A program made the position numbers and the translations under genes. A stretch of DNA of 63,338 nt, the filler included, from Vannella sp. (Eukaryota): assembly GCA_023345925.1 (NCBI GenBank). It is 8 parts of 8 records of this genome, joined end to end, with 100 filler letters (N's around TTAATTAATTAA, not from the genome) between each part and the next. Parts side by side here need not be neighbours in the genome. Positions count along the whole stretch, not along the records: positions 1 to 11,103 come from JAJQQN010000447.1; positions 11,204 to 20,495 come from JAJQQN010001438.1; 6 more parts are not named here. One strand, written 5' to 3'. Below the pieces are notes generated by a model. It saw nothing but the letters and a program-made list of their open reading frames with translations, was not told where the DNA came from and ran no database searches. Shown piece by piece: positions 1 to 14,794 of this stretch; the stretch's first letter is position 1, and every line of letters begins with the position of its first letter.

Positions 1-176
1 GGCGAACGACGGGATACTGGGGCTCTGCATGCCCGATCAGCAGCGCGCATGACGCCCTCCTCACACTTACTCGTTATAGCAAGCTCGTTCTGGACCTCAC
101 CAACAGTGCTATTGGGACTCAATCCATCCAACACAGCCAGGGTCTTGCCCGAACGGGAAGCAACCGTCACCTTCAT
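1..176 (-). CDS. TECR: Trans-2,3-enoyl-CoA reductase (very-long-chain enoyl-CoA reductase), N-terminal part, truncated by window edge
   Basis: Spliced translation MKVTVASRSGKTLAVLDGLSPNSTVGEVQNELAIT|KPQYPVVR resembles the ubiquitin-like N-terminus of plant ECR/TSC13 (MKVTVVSRSG...); one GTAAGT..CAG intron. Confidence 0.7.
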   Translation of the reverse strand, partial: MKVTVASRSGKTLAVLDGLSPNSTVGEVQNELAITSKCEEGVMRAADRACRAPVSRRS

Positions 177-530
177 GACCGAACCGGAATGACAATGATT
201 CGCTCCCTTTTCCGCGTAGCCCCCCTAGCTACACCCTTGGTGGGGCAAAGACATGGTCAAGAGGAGTGTAATCCTCCTCGCAGAAGGAAAGATCCTTTGG
301 AGGAGGAAGAGAGGAGAAAACGATTGACCACGGCAGGACGGAGCTGGTTTGATCCTTGTGCGATGAACGCCAGCTCTTACCGAGCCTTATCATTCTCTAT
401 TCCCACCGGTCTTGTCTCTTCCAGCTGAGGCTGCACCTCTTGGAGGTTCTGGCTCTCTGTCGGTCTGGCCGTTTTCAAGGTTTAGGGTTTCCATTCTTCT
501 TCGGAAGAATTCATTTGTGAGGGGGAAGGA

Positions 531-3521
<2,991 letters not shown>

Positions 3522-3598
3522 ATGGTGAACCAAATAAAACTGACCAGTCAAGTCATGAGCGAAAGGGGGCAGCATGCGCTCTTGAAGGAAGTTCTCAT

Positions 3599-6464
3599 TT
3601 ACAGGCTTTCAGAAATGGGCACAATTTGACCGCGCAAGTCCTTGATTTGCTCTTCGAGACGGGCAATTTCGTCTCCCATAATCTCCATGTCTGATTGGAG
3701 TTGCAGATTCTTCATGAGAGTGTCTTCGAGGACTCGGGACATCTTTGTGTTGATCTCAGCTTGCAGATCTGCTTCGGTATCTTGACCGCCCCCAAAGAAT
3801 CGGCCAATCAAACTACTGTCCTTCTCCTGAAGCTAAGAGTGAGCCAAGGTATCAAGATGATTAAAGGCAAGGCTTACTCTGGCAGCTCGTAACTTGCGTT
3901 GGGCATCCATCGAAGCGGTCGATCGACCTTCCAAAGTGATGTTGGCTAGTTGATGGGAAATCACTTGGTTCTTCTTCTCTACCTCTTGGCGGTACTTTTG
4001 TACCGTTCCCCGCAGTTTCTTAATCTGGGGGCGAGTGAGAAAATGCTATTGGCTCTTCTAGTGTACTGACATGTTCCTCCAATTGGAAGTTTCGTTGTTG
4101 TAGCTCTCCCACTTTCGAAGCAATCGCTGCAATATCTTGAGGTACGCTGACAGGAGTGAGATCTACCTTAGCTTCGACAACTTTACGGGCTGGTGCAGGG
4201 CTCCCTGGTTCATCTTGTTCCGGGGAGGCAACTGGTGGTGGAGGAGCTTCACGAGCCTTTTGTACCCGAGTTTGGAGATCTCTGATGAGGCGTTGAGACT
4301 TCTTAAGCTCAATACTGTTTTGCATTTTTGAATCAATTAGATCCTGCTCTAACTGCTGGATGCGAGCCTGTGCTGCCAGGAGAATGGTTTGAGATTCTTC
4401 TAGTTGATGAGAAGTGAGATTCGCCTTCTCTTCGAAGGTTTTGTGCAGGGAGGACTCTTCTTTAAGCGCGTTCTCTAACGTGGCAACTCTCTGAGTCAGT
4501 TCTGCGAGTTGAGAGGAAGAGGTGTCTTTGGTTTGGCGAAGGAGATCTGTTTTCTTCTGTAAAGCATCTAATTTGGCACTGACTTGGTCGTGACTCGATT
4601 GGAGAGTGGACTGAGCTTCCTGATGCTGAAGGCGAGTAGCCTCTAAGGCGCTGCGATGTTGGTTGACAATCTCTTCTTTGCTGATGGCCATCGAATTGAG
4701 CTCGGACACTTTCTTCTCATAACGTTCGCTCATTTCATTGAGAGTTTTTCGGAGGGTTTCGAACTCCTCGTTGATTTGGGAAGCGCGAGAGCGTTCTTCG
4801 CTGGCGTTCTTTTCTCTGTCTTCAATCTCCATCCGGAGTGCGTTAATGTTCTCTCTCAGCTCCTGAATCTGTTTAGACTTTAGAGCCACCAACTCTTGGA
4901 AGTCTGTAACCTGTTTCGAGTTGCTTTCTAGTTCTTTCTGGATTTCCACTTTGCTTTTCTCTACTTCGCTCACTTTGCTTTGGAGACTCATTACCTCACT
5001 CTTTAGAGCTGCTACCTGCTCTTTGCTTCCTTCTAATTGCTTTTGCAGCTTTTGGGTGGCCTTCTTCACCTCCTCGTTTTGCTTGGCCCCCTTTTCTGAG
5101 CGCACAGCTTCTGCATCGGCGGTAGCAAGAGTCGCTCGGTCACGAAGAGTATCCATTTCCATTTCTTTCTCACCAAGACGGGCGATAATAGCCAATCTAT
5201 CTGTCTGAGCCAAAGCCAATTCCTCTTTCGTATCAGAATGCTGTTTTTGGAGCATTACCATCCGCTCCTCAGTCACCTTTCCTTGGGATTCTGCGGCTTC
5301 CCTTGACACTTGGGACAATGCTGCTTTCTCCAAAGCGGCGGCTAACTGCTCACTAAGACGGCTCCCTTGCTCATCAATATCTTGTTGAAGCTGTGCAATT
5401 TGGGCTGCTAGGTCAGCTTTCTCACTAGCCAGAGTTTCCACTTGCTGCTGAAGGTCTTCCCTCTCTGCGGGAGCCTCCAATGTGAGATCTGTTGCTGATG
5501 AAGCCGACGAGAAGGCTTCGTTCTGTGCCTGGAGAAGGTTGAGGGCTTCCTGGGCCCGTTCTTGGGCTTCTTCTGCATCTTTGCGTTGCCGTATAACAAC
5601 GGCCAGCTCCTCAGCATGCTTCTGTTGAAGTTCGACTACCAACGAAATCTCTTCTTCCGCGTTCAGCTGCCTAGCAGGACTCGCCTTCATCTTTTGAAGA
5701 TCTGAAAGCTTCATCTCCTGAAGCTCTCGCTCTCTCTCCTCCAAGAGAGCGCGTAATCGATCCATCTCGGAATCGGTGGTACTCTCCAGACGTTCTCCGT
5801 CGGATGGAGAGTCTTTTGGACCCAGCTGTTCATTATCCACCTTCTTTTGGTCTTCCTTTGTCACAACCTGCACCTCCAAGCCTGCAGGCTTGGAGCTCTC
5901 TGATTCCGCCCGTAATTGGGACTCAAGGGTAGAAGATCGTGCCTGTTCGGAAGAGAGGGCTTCCTTTGTTGTATGCAGCAGTTCTTCAAGCTCTGGGACG
6001 CGTAGCAGCTGCTCTTGCAAAGAGGATTCGCGCAAAGTGGCCTCCTCGAGGCTCTTTTTAAGCTCTCCGACCAGCGCCTGGAGCTCTAAGGAAGGGGAAG
6101 GAGCAGGTTCCGTTGGTGTGAGTGATGTGATCAGGTTGTTCTTTGCCTTGATGGTCTCTTGAAGGGCTTCAGTCTCTTCGTAGAGGGAACGGATGTTTCC
6201 CTTTAAGGCTTCTGTTTGGGCCGCAAACTCCTCCTTGAGCTGAGAGACTGATCTTCTAAGGTTATCGTTGTCTTGTTGGAGGGCTTCCGTCTGTTTGGAG
6301 CTCCCAGAGAACCAGGAAGAGCTTCCGCTTGGCGCACTCTTTTGTGACTCGGCCAGCGCCTGTCTGAGCTTCTGCATCGCCGCTTCCGCATCGTATGCTT
6401 GCTGTTTGTACTCTAAAAGAGTCCCCTGGAGCTTCTGAAACTCCTCCAGGGAGATGCCAGACAT
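3599..6464 (-). CDS. GRIP1-associated protein 1 (GRASP-1)-like long coiled-coil protein
   Basis: N-term ISLEEFQKLQGTLLE and C-term EINTKMSRVLEDTLMKNLQL..MEIMGDEIARL resemble the GRIPAP1 termini; last exons 3599-4020 are spliced. Confidence 0.7.
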
Positions 6465-6530
6465 GGCGGAGCCCCAAACAATGCCAGCTAGTTATTTAAC
6501 TTCGAACCATTTTTTGGAGTTTCCGCTCGT

Positions 6531-6625
6531 ATTGGTTGGAGTGACATTCACGAGGTACTGGAATCCTCGCTTGTGATTGGCCGAATCGGATTGCTTCTCT
6601 TTTGCTGTTTCGGAAGTCACGTGAC
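6531..6625. promoter_or_regulatory. Bidirectional promoter with two inverted CCAAT boxes and a palindromic E-box GTCACGTGAC
   Basis: ATTGG at 6531 and 6576; CGGAAGTCACGTGAC at 6611-6625, between divergent ATGs at 6464 and 6657. Confidence 0.45.
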
Positions 6626-6656
6626 CGGTTCATTTGCTGTTGCCACTCCAACGACT

Positions 6657-7417
6657 ATGGCCTTTGTCCTTCCTCCTCTTCCCTGGGCTGCTGATGCGCT
6701 TGCCCCCCACATTTCTAAGGAGGTAGGATAGCTAACCGTCGAGTGGCGACAACGTTGGAGGGTAACTGACTGGTTTGTGCTTCTTTCTCAGACGGTGGAG
6801 TTCCACTATGGCAAACACCACGCTGGGTATGTCGCCAAGCTCAACGCTGCGGCAGAGAAGGATGCTTCTCTAGCACAGACCTCTCTGGACGACCTCGTCC
6901 TCAAGGCCAGTGGCGTTACCTTCAACTTGGCCGCTCAAATCTGGAACCACACCTTCTATTGGAACTGCCTGAGCCCCAACGGTGGTGGCGAGCCCAAGGG
7001 CAAGATTGCTGAGTTGATTAACCGCGACTTTGGCTCTTTCGCGGCCTTCAAGACTCAGTTCAGCGACGTTGCTGGTGGCCACTTTGGCTCCGGTTGGGCC
7101 TGGCTGGTCCAAAACGAGTCCGATAAGCTTGAAGTTGTTGGAACTCACGACGCCGCCAATCCTCTTCGCGGTACGCTTCACATCATCCCCCATCGCCCTC
7201 TTCTCTCTTCCCCTCCCCTTCTGACCACAAGCATAGACGGGAAGAAGCCCCTTCTGACTTGTGATGTGTGGGAGCACGCTTACTACATTGACTACCGCAG
7301 CAATCGCCCCGACTACATCAATGGTGCGCTAGCTAGCTCCTCTCCCTTCCCCCACTCATTCTCTCTTTAGCCTTCTGGAACGTCGTCAACTGGGACTTCG
7401 TAGAGAAGCAGTTGTAA
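6657..7417 (+). CDS. sodB: Iron superoxide dismutase
   Basis: MAFVLPPLPW..., HYGKHHAGYV, AAQIWNHTFYW (Fe-type signature), DVWEHAYYIDY; introns 6723-6791, 7171-7236, 7324-7370. Confidence 0.95.
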
Positions 7418-7548
7418 GCATCTGCGCCTGCTCGATTCGGGTGACCCTGCGATCTTTGCTTTCCTCATTCTCGAGTTACAGCAGCAACAGGGCAAAGCTT
7501 TGAAGAGGGCCAGCCAATGAACGAAGACTTCTAACTCAGACGGCTTCT

Positions 7549-10224
7549 TTATCTAGTTTTGGGAGCGCTGCTGACGATGAACTGCAACCCGGACAGCTTC
7601 CGTTGCTGCACCAAGGCCACGAAGGCAGCAAACAGCTCAGTGTACTGTGCGACCGTCTTGAGGCAACGTTGAAAGTCCCTTTGTGAGGAGACTTGAAACA
7701 GCTCAAGCGATGGCTCCAGACGGCTGGTGACGAGCTGCTGGGAGGTGTGCAAGTGGTTGTAAAGGGCGTTTTGGAATGTCCTCAAGTCCAAGGCTACTTT
7801 GCACATCTTCAAGATGAGGCTCATCACCTCTCTCCCTGGCCCCTCCTCGAGGAAAGAGCCTCGCTCGATAGACAAGAGGTAGTCGTCATGCGCCTCTTGG
7901 ATGCGGTCCTGGTGCCTCGTTTAGAGGTTCCACGCGAGAGAGAAAGAGATCACTTACTAGGTTAGAGGCGGAATGGACTCGTCTCTGGAGAGTCTGCCAA
8001 GCCCCGCGGATGACATCATTCATAACGTAGAATTGGAGGTCACTGATGAAGCGTAGCATATGGTTGTGAGCGACATGGAAGGAGAAGAGCTCTTTTGGCT
8101 TGAGAGACTGGCAAGGGAGCGCCGTGAGAAGGAATCAGAAGGAGAGAGGAAGAGAGAAACCCACTTTCAGTGGATGCGCTTGGCGCATCTGCACCAGCGC
8201 GTACTCCGTTCTTTTCAGCTGCCAAAGAAACGCTGAGATTGACGAATAGCGCTCCAAGGCAGCCGGGGTGAAGATCGAGTCCAAAGGCGCCTCCACTACA
8301 TAGGTCAATCGGAGAGTGTCCCAGCCCACTCCCTGCCCTTCCTATCACTCCTTAGTCCTCATGGGATCCTCCACCGCTCAGTGGAGCATACCATCCTTAT
8401 TTGGACGCGCCTGAGGATGTCTTTGCTCTCTTTGTGGGCGGTGCACAGTAATGCACTTTCCAATTGAGATCGGATGCGGTGCAGAAGGATCTGTTCCGAG
8501 GGCTGGGAGAGCTCTAATCTAAGTATTTGAAGTCAGAATCACCTCTGCATGGATGAAATAGAACGCACTCCACTTCATCCAGGAGGGAGCGAGCAAAGTC
8601 TCCGCGCTCGAAGAAAAGAAAGTTCTTCAAAGCTTGAGCGTGTTGGAGGAGATGGAAGTGATTCAGCATCACATCAACGGCGCGCATATTGTGCTTCCTC
8701 TCCCCATGCTCCACCAGACGCTCCAAAAGTCCGGATTCCAAAGACCCATCGACCGGATAGGCATTTGCTCCCCCCTCGTCATCCGCCATGTCCTGCTCAT
8801 CGCACGAGCAGCGCAGAAACTCAATTGACTTTCCGACTCGGAGAATGCGATGGACAAGGTCAGAGGACAAGAAGGAAGGAACCATCTCCTGTCGCAGAGA
8901 AAAGGAATCATTGGAATGGTTCCACAGCGGATTGCTTTGCTCTTTGGCCACAAAGAACTCTTCAAAGTGATCTTCGATCTCTCCGTGAGTGATCCAGTTC
9001 TTCAGGATCTCAAAGAAGGGCTTTTGGGAGGCTTTTAAAAGGTGCATTGCGAATTGGTGGACTCCATTCCCTCTCCTTTAGTTCACTTTCTCCCACTGGG
9101 AGAGCAATCTCACCTTCTGGGTTTCCGTGGTGGGTTAGTTTGTGTAGAATAGTGAGGATTTGACCCCCAGAAGCGTCGCATCGCTCTACTTCTCGGAGGA
9201 AAAGGACGAGGAAGCTGAACCGTCGCGTGAATGGCAAACTCCAAACGAGCAGCCATCGTAAGCTGATCTGGGATGGGTCTATGTCTGCCAATGCGGCGTA
9301 GAAGGAGGTCATTTGAGAACGGACTTGAGCCAAGGCACCTTGCATTACCAACCCACATTCCCCTCCGAACTGTTCCATTCCCCGCTCCAACTGCACGTGG
9401 AGGGTACCCAGGTGGACTATCTTGTCTGCAATCTCCACTTGTGAAGAAGGGATAGCCGCTCGTAACCCCTCTCGTACTCGCATTCCTTCTCGCAGTTCTG
9501 TTTGGACTTGGCAGTGCTGTTGAGCGAGGCTCTCTTCCATCTGCTGAATGGTGAGCCTTTCCTGAAGAAGACTAGCTTCTTCAGGAGTGTTCTCTTGCTC
9601 GGAATCTCCCTCTGGGTCCTCTAAAGGATCAAACGGCGGGAGCGGGGCGAAAGGCGCTGTTGTGAAGGTCTCAAAGGTCTCCCAGCCCATCAGGGAGTTC
9701 TGGATGCCTTGCATGGCTTGAAGACAAGCTGATATCACCTCATTCTCTCCAATGCACGTTGGTGGAACCTCAGAGAGCTCTTCGCTCATTATCTCGTCCA
9801 TTTCGGTGCTTCTAGACGTGCTTCCTGGATGGACAGGCTTCGGAGAGTCACTGGGGAAGAAGGAGCTCTTCCGCTTTCGCTTCAGAGAGCTTGGAAGTGC
9901 CTCTGGTTGCCCTGGGCGATCATTTGCAAGGTCCTGAAGGACAAGAAGGGCGCTCTCCGTACACACAACAGAAGATGCCTTTCTGATGTCATCCAAGAGG
10001 GGATGAGTCCGAGTAAGGCTCCCTTGGGAGGACGTTAGGCTCGAAAGGAGGATAAAATAGATCGTACCGCTTGCTCCTGCTCTACTTTCTGATGAGATGC
10101 TTCCCAAGAGAGCTTTACACTCAGTGTGCAACTGTTTCCGGTGCCGCTGGGATGAAAGCGGACCCGCAAAAGCAGAAATGAGTCGAGCAAGAGCATCCGC
10201 CTGCTGATGCTCGGGTGTGTGCAT
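7549..10224 (-). CDS. Gamma-tubulin complex component (GCP3/Spc98-like), multi-exon
   Basis: WITHGEIEDHFEEFFV, RILRVGKSIEFLR, ALKNFLFFERGDF, GWDTLRLTYVVEAPLDSIF...FLWQLKRTEYAL (GRIP domains). Confidence 0.8.
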
Positions 10225-10300
10225 GAGAATGGTCGCAGAGACTACATCAAGAGCTTTAATCCGTTCATTACGTATCAAGAGGGTCTTCTGAAGTGCTGAA

Positions 10301-11067
10301 TCAGTCGTACAAGGCTTCTTCTGTGAACAAGGACGAGTCCTCCACGAAAACTGCGGAAAGGTGAGACCAGGAAGCCGAGAACGAGTCCTCGTACCTTCCT
10401 TATCTTCAAATAGAGACGAATCCTCCAAGAATAGCTGTCTCCCTGTCCTCCCTGATGCTACAGAACGATCTACACGACTCGCGAGCCTCTCTTTGTCGAA
10501 CTGGCGCTTCCACTGGAGGAAGTTATCCGGTGTCAAGACAGTCCCTAGCCTCTTTGTCTGGTACCAAGGTTGTGATCAGCCTTTGCGGTTCCGGTGATCG
10601 AGTGAGACGTACCGTAGCGGCTGCCTCTTCTGCTGAGGGGTTGATGCGGCGGTCTTCTTCAGCCTGTTGTGTGAAAACCATCCATTCCTGGACGTAAGAG
10701 GCGAGGGTGAAGATCATTTGAGTGTCCAAGTTCTCTTCTGCAAGCCGCAGAAGATCTTCCACGAGAGTCTCGCATTCTTCCTCGGTAACGCCACAAATAG
10801 ACTCTAATGAGATGCCAGGAGCGACACTGGGATACTCTGCCGTGTACTGAATCACCATCTTCACTGTCACTACACGGCCCAGCGCGTAAGTCTCTTCCCC
10901 CAGCCCAAATGAACAAGAAGCTCACTGTCTGTGGTGTCCTCGTCGATCACACCCTCTGGGTTGAGGATGATCGAGAAGGAGCAAGGTGGATCACTCGAGA
11001 GCAACTCAAAGTCATCCATATAGATTGCCTCCAGAGCCTCCAACTCCATTTGCTGCTCCTCTTCCAT
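10301..11067 (-). CDS. RWDD1: RWD domain-containing protein 1 (Gir2-like)
   Basis: MEEEQQMELEALEAIY, YPSVAP, MIFTL, TPDNFLQWKRQF, TGRQLF; 3 introns; stop at 10301. Confidence 0.85.
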
Positions 11068-11103
11068 CACTCGCCTCAAAAGTGATTTGGAAGGATTGGC
11101 CCC

Positions 11104-11203
11104 NNNNNNNNNNNNNNNNNNNNNNNNNNNNNNNNNNNNNNNNNNNNTTAATTAATTAANNNNNNNNNNNNNNNNNNNNNNNNNNNNNNNNNNNNNNNNN
11201 NNN
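11104..11203. other. Artificial contig linker (N44-TTAATTAATTAA-N44); identical linkers at 20496-20595, 29804-29903, 35451-35550, 45150-45249, 52765-52864, 60973-61072
   Basis: Identical 100-nt spacers carrying a six-frame stop 12-mer. Confidence 0.98.
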
Positions 11204-11228
11204 TTTTGATGTCCAAAATAGGCAAAAA

Positions 11229-11300
11229 TCCTTGATAGTATAGTGGTCAGTATTCCCGCCTGTCACGCGGGCGACCCGGGTTCAATTCCCGGTCAAGGAG
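11229..11300 (+). tRNA. tRNA-Asp(GTC)
   Basis: Acceptor stem TCCTTGA/TCAAGGA, anticodon arm CCCGC-CTGTCAC-GCGGG, T loop GGTTCAATTCC, followed by Pol III terminator TTTTT at 11302-11306. Confidence 0.97.
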
Positions 11301-11317
11301 ATTTTTGGCCATATTGC

Positions 11318-11734
11318 ATGTCAGCGTTTTCAGGAGACGTCCGTTTTGCTGCCTTAGGAAGTCTTCCACAATGGGCGGATCAGCTTGATAACGGCAGAGA
11401 CGCAATCAAGCGTACTTACGTCTTTGCAGGTACGAACCTTTGGTGCTTGCTGCCAAGAAGGCTGACAGAACCGCGCAGATTTCAAAGCCGCCTTTGCTTT
11501 CATGACCAAAACTGCGGAGTACTGTGATCCTGTGCGTTGATTGGGGTGAGAAGGCAGTGAGAAAACTCTTCTCACCTTCCAGAGTAGAAAGACCATCACC
11601 CCGAGTGGTTCAACGTCTACAACCGAGTAGAAGTGACCTTGGCAACCCACACTGCCAATGGAGTGACAGAGTTGGATGTTGATCTTGCGACAGCCATGGA
11701 CAAGTTCGCTCGAGAGTGTAACGTGAAGGAGTAG
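11318..11734 (+). CDS. PCBD: Pterin-4-alpha-carbinolamine dehydratase
   Basis: Spliced: [58 protein letters not shown]; 2 introns. Confidence 0.92.
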
Positions 11735-11816
11735 GTTGGAGTCGCGCGCCACGTGCTCTTTGGAGCGGTGTGGTGCAGATTTATCAATGAATGAGCGATG
11801 ATATGATACAGCAGCT

Positions 11817-14646
11817 TCACTTGGACTGGCGAAGGATGGAAGGCTGTTTAGCGGACAGCGAGTTGTTGGCCAAAGAGCTAATCGCCTCCGCTGTCGCCTC
11901 GTTAGAACAGGTTGCCGAGTGCTGTGGGGAAGAAGACACTTACCCAAGTGTTGGTTAGTTTCTGGATGCCCCAGTGAAGCTTGAGGATCTGCAGAACGGC
12001 GCCTCTTGATGGGAGGAGATTGGGAGGTAATCTCTGATGCTCCCTTCTCAGGCTCCGCGAACAGACGCTTACGGGCAGGCTTATGGCGAGCTGTGCGATC
12101 TTCGTTGTGATCTCTGAGCTCCTTTGTAGGGCTCTTCCCCACACAAAACGTGCGCTCTTTCTCTTTGTCCTGCGAATGTTGGGACAAAGGCGAACTCACG
12201 GTCGTGACCTTGACAGGAGAGTCAATGCTGAACTGCATTCCAGACAAAGGCGACTTGCTAGGATGCTCTTGATAGCGCATCAAGAAGCTCTCCATCACCG
12301 TGATGAAAACCGAGTTGTAGAACTCAATAATGTCCTTCTGCGAGTGCTCATTCATGTACACCCGCTTCCAGACAGTACTAGTGGCATGCGGTTGTGTCCG
12401 GTAATGATGAAGAATGCGTCGAAAAGTCACTGATTCGATCTTCAAAACGCGCGCGATTCCATAAATGGAGCAAATCATGAGTTGGTCGATGTGACGGTTG
12501 CACAGGAGATGGTGCTGGAAGGTCACTTGGTAAATGAGCGACGCCACAACACTCTCCAAGTGTGGAGTCATTTTGAGGTCTTGGACAAGCCTGCGAGTGC
12601 GGTTGACCATCAGCTCGAGGACTTTGCGGTAAATCATCTCCAAGGACAAGGACTTGGTCTGGGGCGCTGATTTGATGGGAGAGTAAAGTTGGGAGCGCGG
12701 TGCGTTGGATGAGGTCCTGGGAGTGGCTGGAGAGCGGCCTTGGGAGATTCTGTCCATCAGAGTTGAGGACAGGTGTTCTTGTTGATACTTCCCTCCTCGT
12801 CGGAGGAGCTCAAACAACGGTGAAGAGGCGTTCCAGATGTAAGATTCAAGCAGGTGGTGGTCTACCCGCTTCATATGTTGCTGCAATAGCAAAGGCATTC
12901 CCCTCTCATAACGGAGGACATTGTCAATGATCTTCGAAAGCTCAAAGGCTGTCACATGGGCTCCAATGCCAGCAGGAAACATGGAAGAAGTCACTTCGTA
13001 CACACAACAAACTATTTCAGAGCAACACGCAATGAGGCTGATGTGGAAGACCTCGTGATGAAGAAGAGTGCCAAAGTCCTGCTTCTGCAGACGCAACTCT
13101 TCTTCTGATAGCATTGTCTCCAACAGCCGGTAGTATAACCGCTGAACGAGAGACTGCTGGACTTGGGAGAGATTCGTCTTGGTGAGGAGCTTGAATCGGT
13201 CTTGAATAGAGCTGGAGGGATTGAGTTGGCAAGCTTCAAAGTAGCGAATGATGTCTTTGGAGAGAACTACCTCTTCGGAGGGAGGTAAGATCCCTTCGAG
13301 CCAGAGTACTGCTCCAGCGCGTGCTTCCTCTGTGGAGTTGATTTGTAGAAGAGGGGACTTGGTGTCCGAGCTGTTGTCCTCTTTTGTGAGATCTCGGTGT
13401 GACTTGGACCGCTTTGCGCCGGGTTTGTTGGGAGAACGAGGGTCTAACATGCTTTGACTCTCAGAGCTTTCAGAAAGGCCTATTCGGTAGGTTCCTCGGT
13501 AGTCCAGGTGGAATGGACCATCGTATTGCTCATAGTCCTGTACGAGTGCTCGCATGTTCACGTCCAAATTCTCACTTTGAGCGTTCCACTCCCAAGGCGA
13601 GGCCTGGTGGGGAGCCAGGAATGTGATCTGAGATCCAAAAGTCAATAACGCAACGCATCCCGGCCGGCAAGAGTAAGCGACTAACCGAATGGATATGAGG
13701 AAGGAATCTGTCATTAGCAAACAATTCCAAAGTGGAATAGTCCAACGATTCAGTCTCCAAACAAAGCTCCTTCAAAATAAGGAAGAAACGGGACTTCTTG
13801 GTTTCCTCCATATTCTCGCTCGCTGGCTCTGACTCTGCTGCGTTATGAGCTTAACCTTCTTCCTTGAAACCTGTTCCACCTTACCAAGTCCATCTATCGC
13901 CAGGCGGGGGTGCGTAGTAAAGAAGAATGCCATGACCGCCGTGAAGAGACAAAGAAGGGCGGGAAAGTCGTGCTGGCGGTGCGAGAAGTGGTTCCGGCAA
14001 TGAGCAAAGAACAACCAAGCAAAGCGATTAGCTCTATCATCAGCAAAGGACTTCTCGTCCGCAGCAATGAACTTGGCGGAGAGGCTTTCAAACTTCTCTC
14101 TGAACATGAGAAAGTGGATGATGTCTCGATACATCGCGAAGAGAGCGTCTGTGACTCTTGTAGGTAGTTCCAAAGGTCGTGCGAATGAGTCTAGGCTCTT
14201 CAGAATCTGCCCCAAGCTGCCCGAGCTGATGTTAGTGACTGGGTCCGGGTGTTGGGCACAAGACATCAATGCCAGAGAGGTCTAGGGCCCTGACGTACCT
14301 GCAGTTAAAGGTACTAAGGATCTCTCTTAATGAAAGGGGAACAAAGGTGGCTCCTTCATCGTGCTGGAGCAGCTGTGCGATGATAAGAGCGCTCACACAG
14401 CTCTCATCAGGGTCCAAAGCCTACCAATGGAACAATGAGCAAGCGAATAGCCTGGGGATAGCATTCAAGGGGCCCTACCTCAGCTTCCAGATGATTAAAC
14501 CGCAGAACAAGGAGCTCCTGAGCTCGTTCCCCCGAGAAGGAGCCAGCCGACTCCATTCTAGCGACATCCTCCTCGAACTTGTCACCTCCTCGTATGTTCC
14601 TCTCGAAGAACTGCTCAAAGAGAGGTGCTAGACCGGCAGAAGTCAT
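11817..14646 (-). CDS. Retinoblastoma-related pocket protein
   Basis: Pocket A (LYYRLLETMLSEE, FHISLIACCSEIV) and pocket B (RHIDQLMICSIYGIARV, DIIEFYNSVF), multiple SP/TP CDK sites; multi-exon; start codon approximate. Confidence 0.9.
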
Positions 14647-14685
14647 CACCAGGAGCCGACAAGCAGAGAAAATGGCCGACTCTAC

Positions 14686-14714
14686 TTTCCCGCTCTTTTC
14701 TCTCTTTTCCCGCC
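14686..14714 (+). promoter_or_regulatory. Two E2F-type sites (TTTCCCGC) upstream of the Rb gene
   Basis: TTTCCCGC at 14686-14693 and 14706-14713, 40-67 nt from the Rb start. Confidence 0.6.
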
Positions 14715-14794
14715 CATTTTCCTTCCAACATTTACCCCGAACCAGATGAATGACTGGGATTTTTTCGTCATTTTGAGAGGGCCTTGGCGTGGGA

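Noticed and set aside
9010..10536. Apparent RWDD1-GCP3 fusion ORF
   Set aside because: Read-through of an RWDD1 intron; the spliced RWDD1 stops at 10301 and GCP3 starts separately near 10224
11104..11203. Recurrent TTAATTAATTAA flanked by Ns (7 copies)
   Set aside because: Artificial six-frame-stop contig linker, not biological; also invalidates synteny across it
11354..11940. Rb ORF apparently overlapping PCBD antisense
   Set aside because: Read-through of the last Rb intron; the spliced Rb stops at 11817
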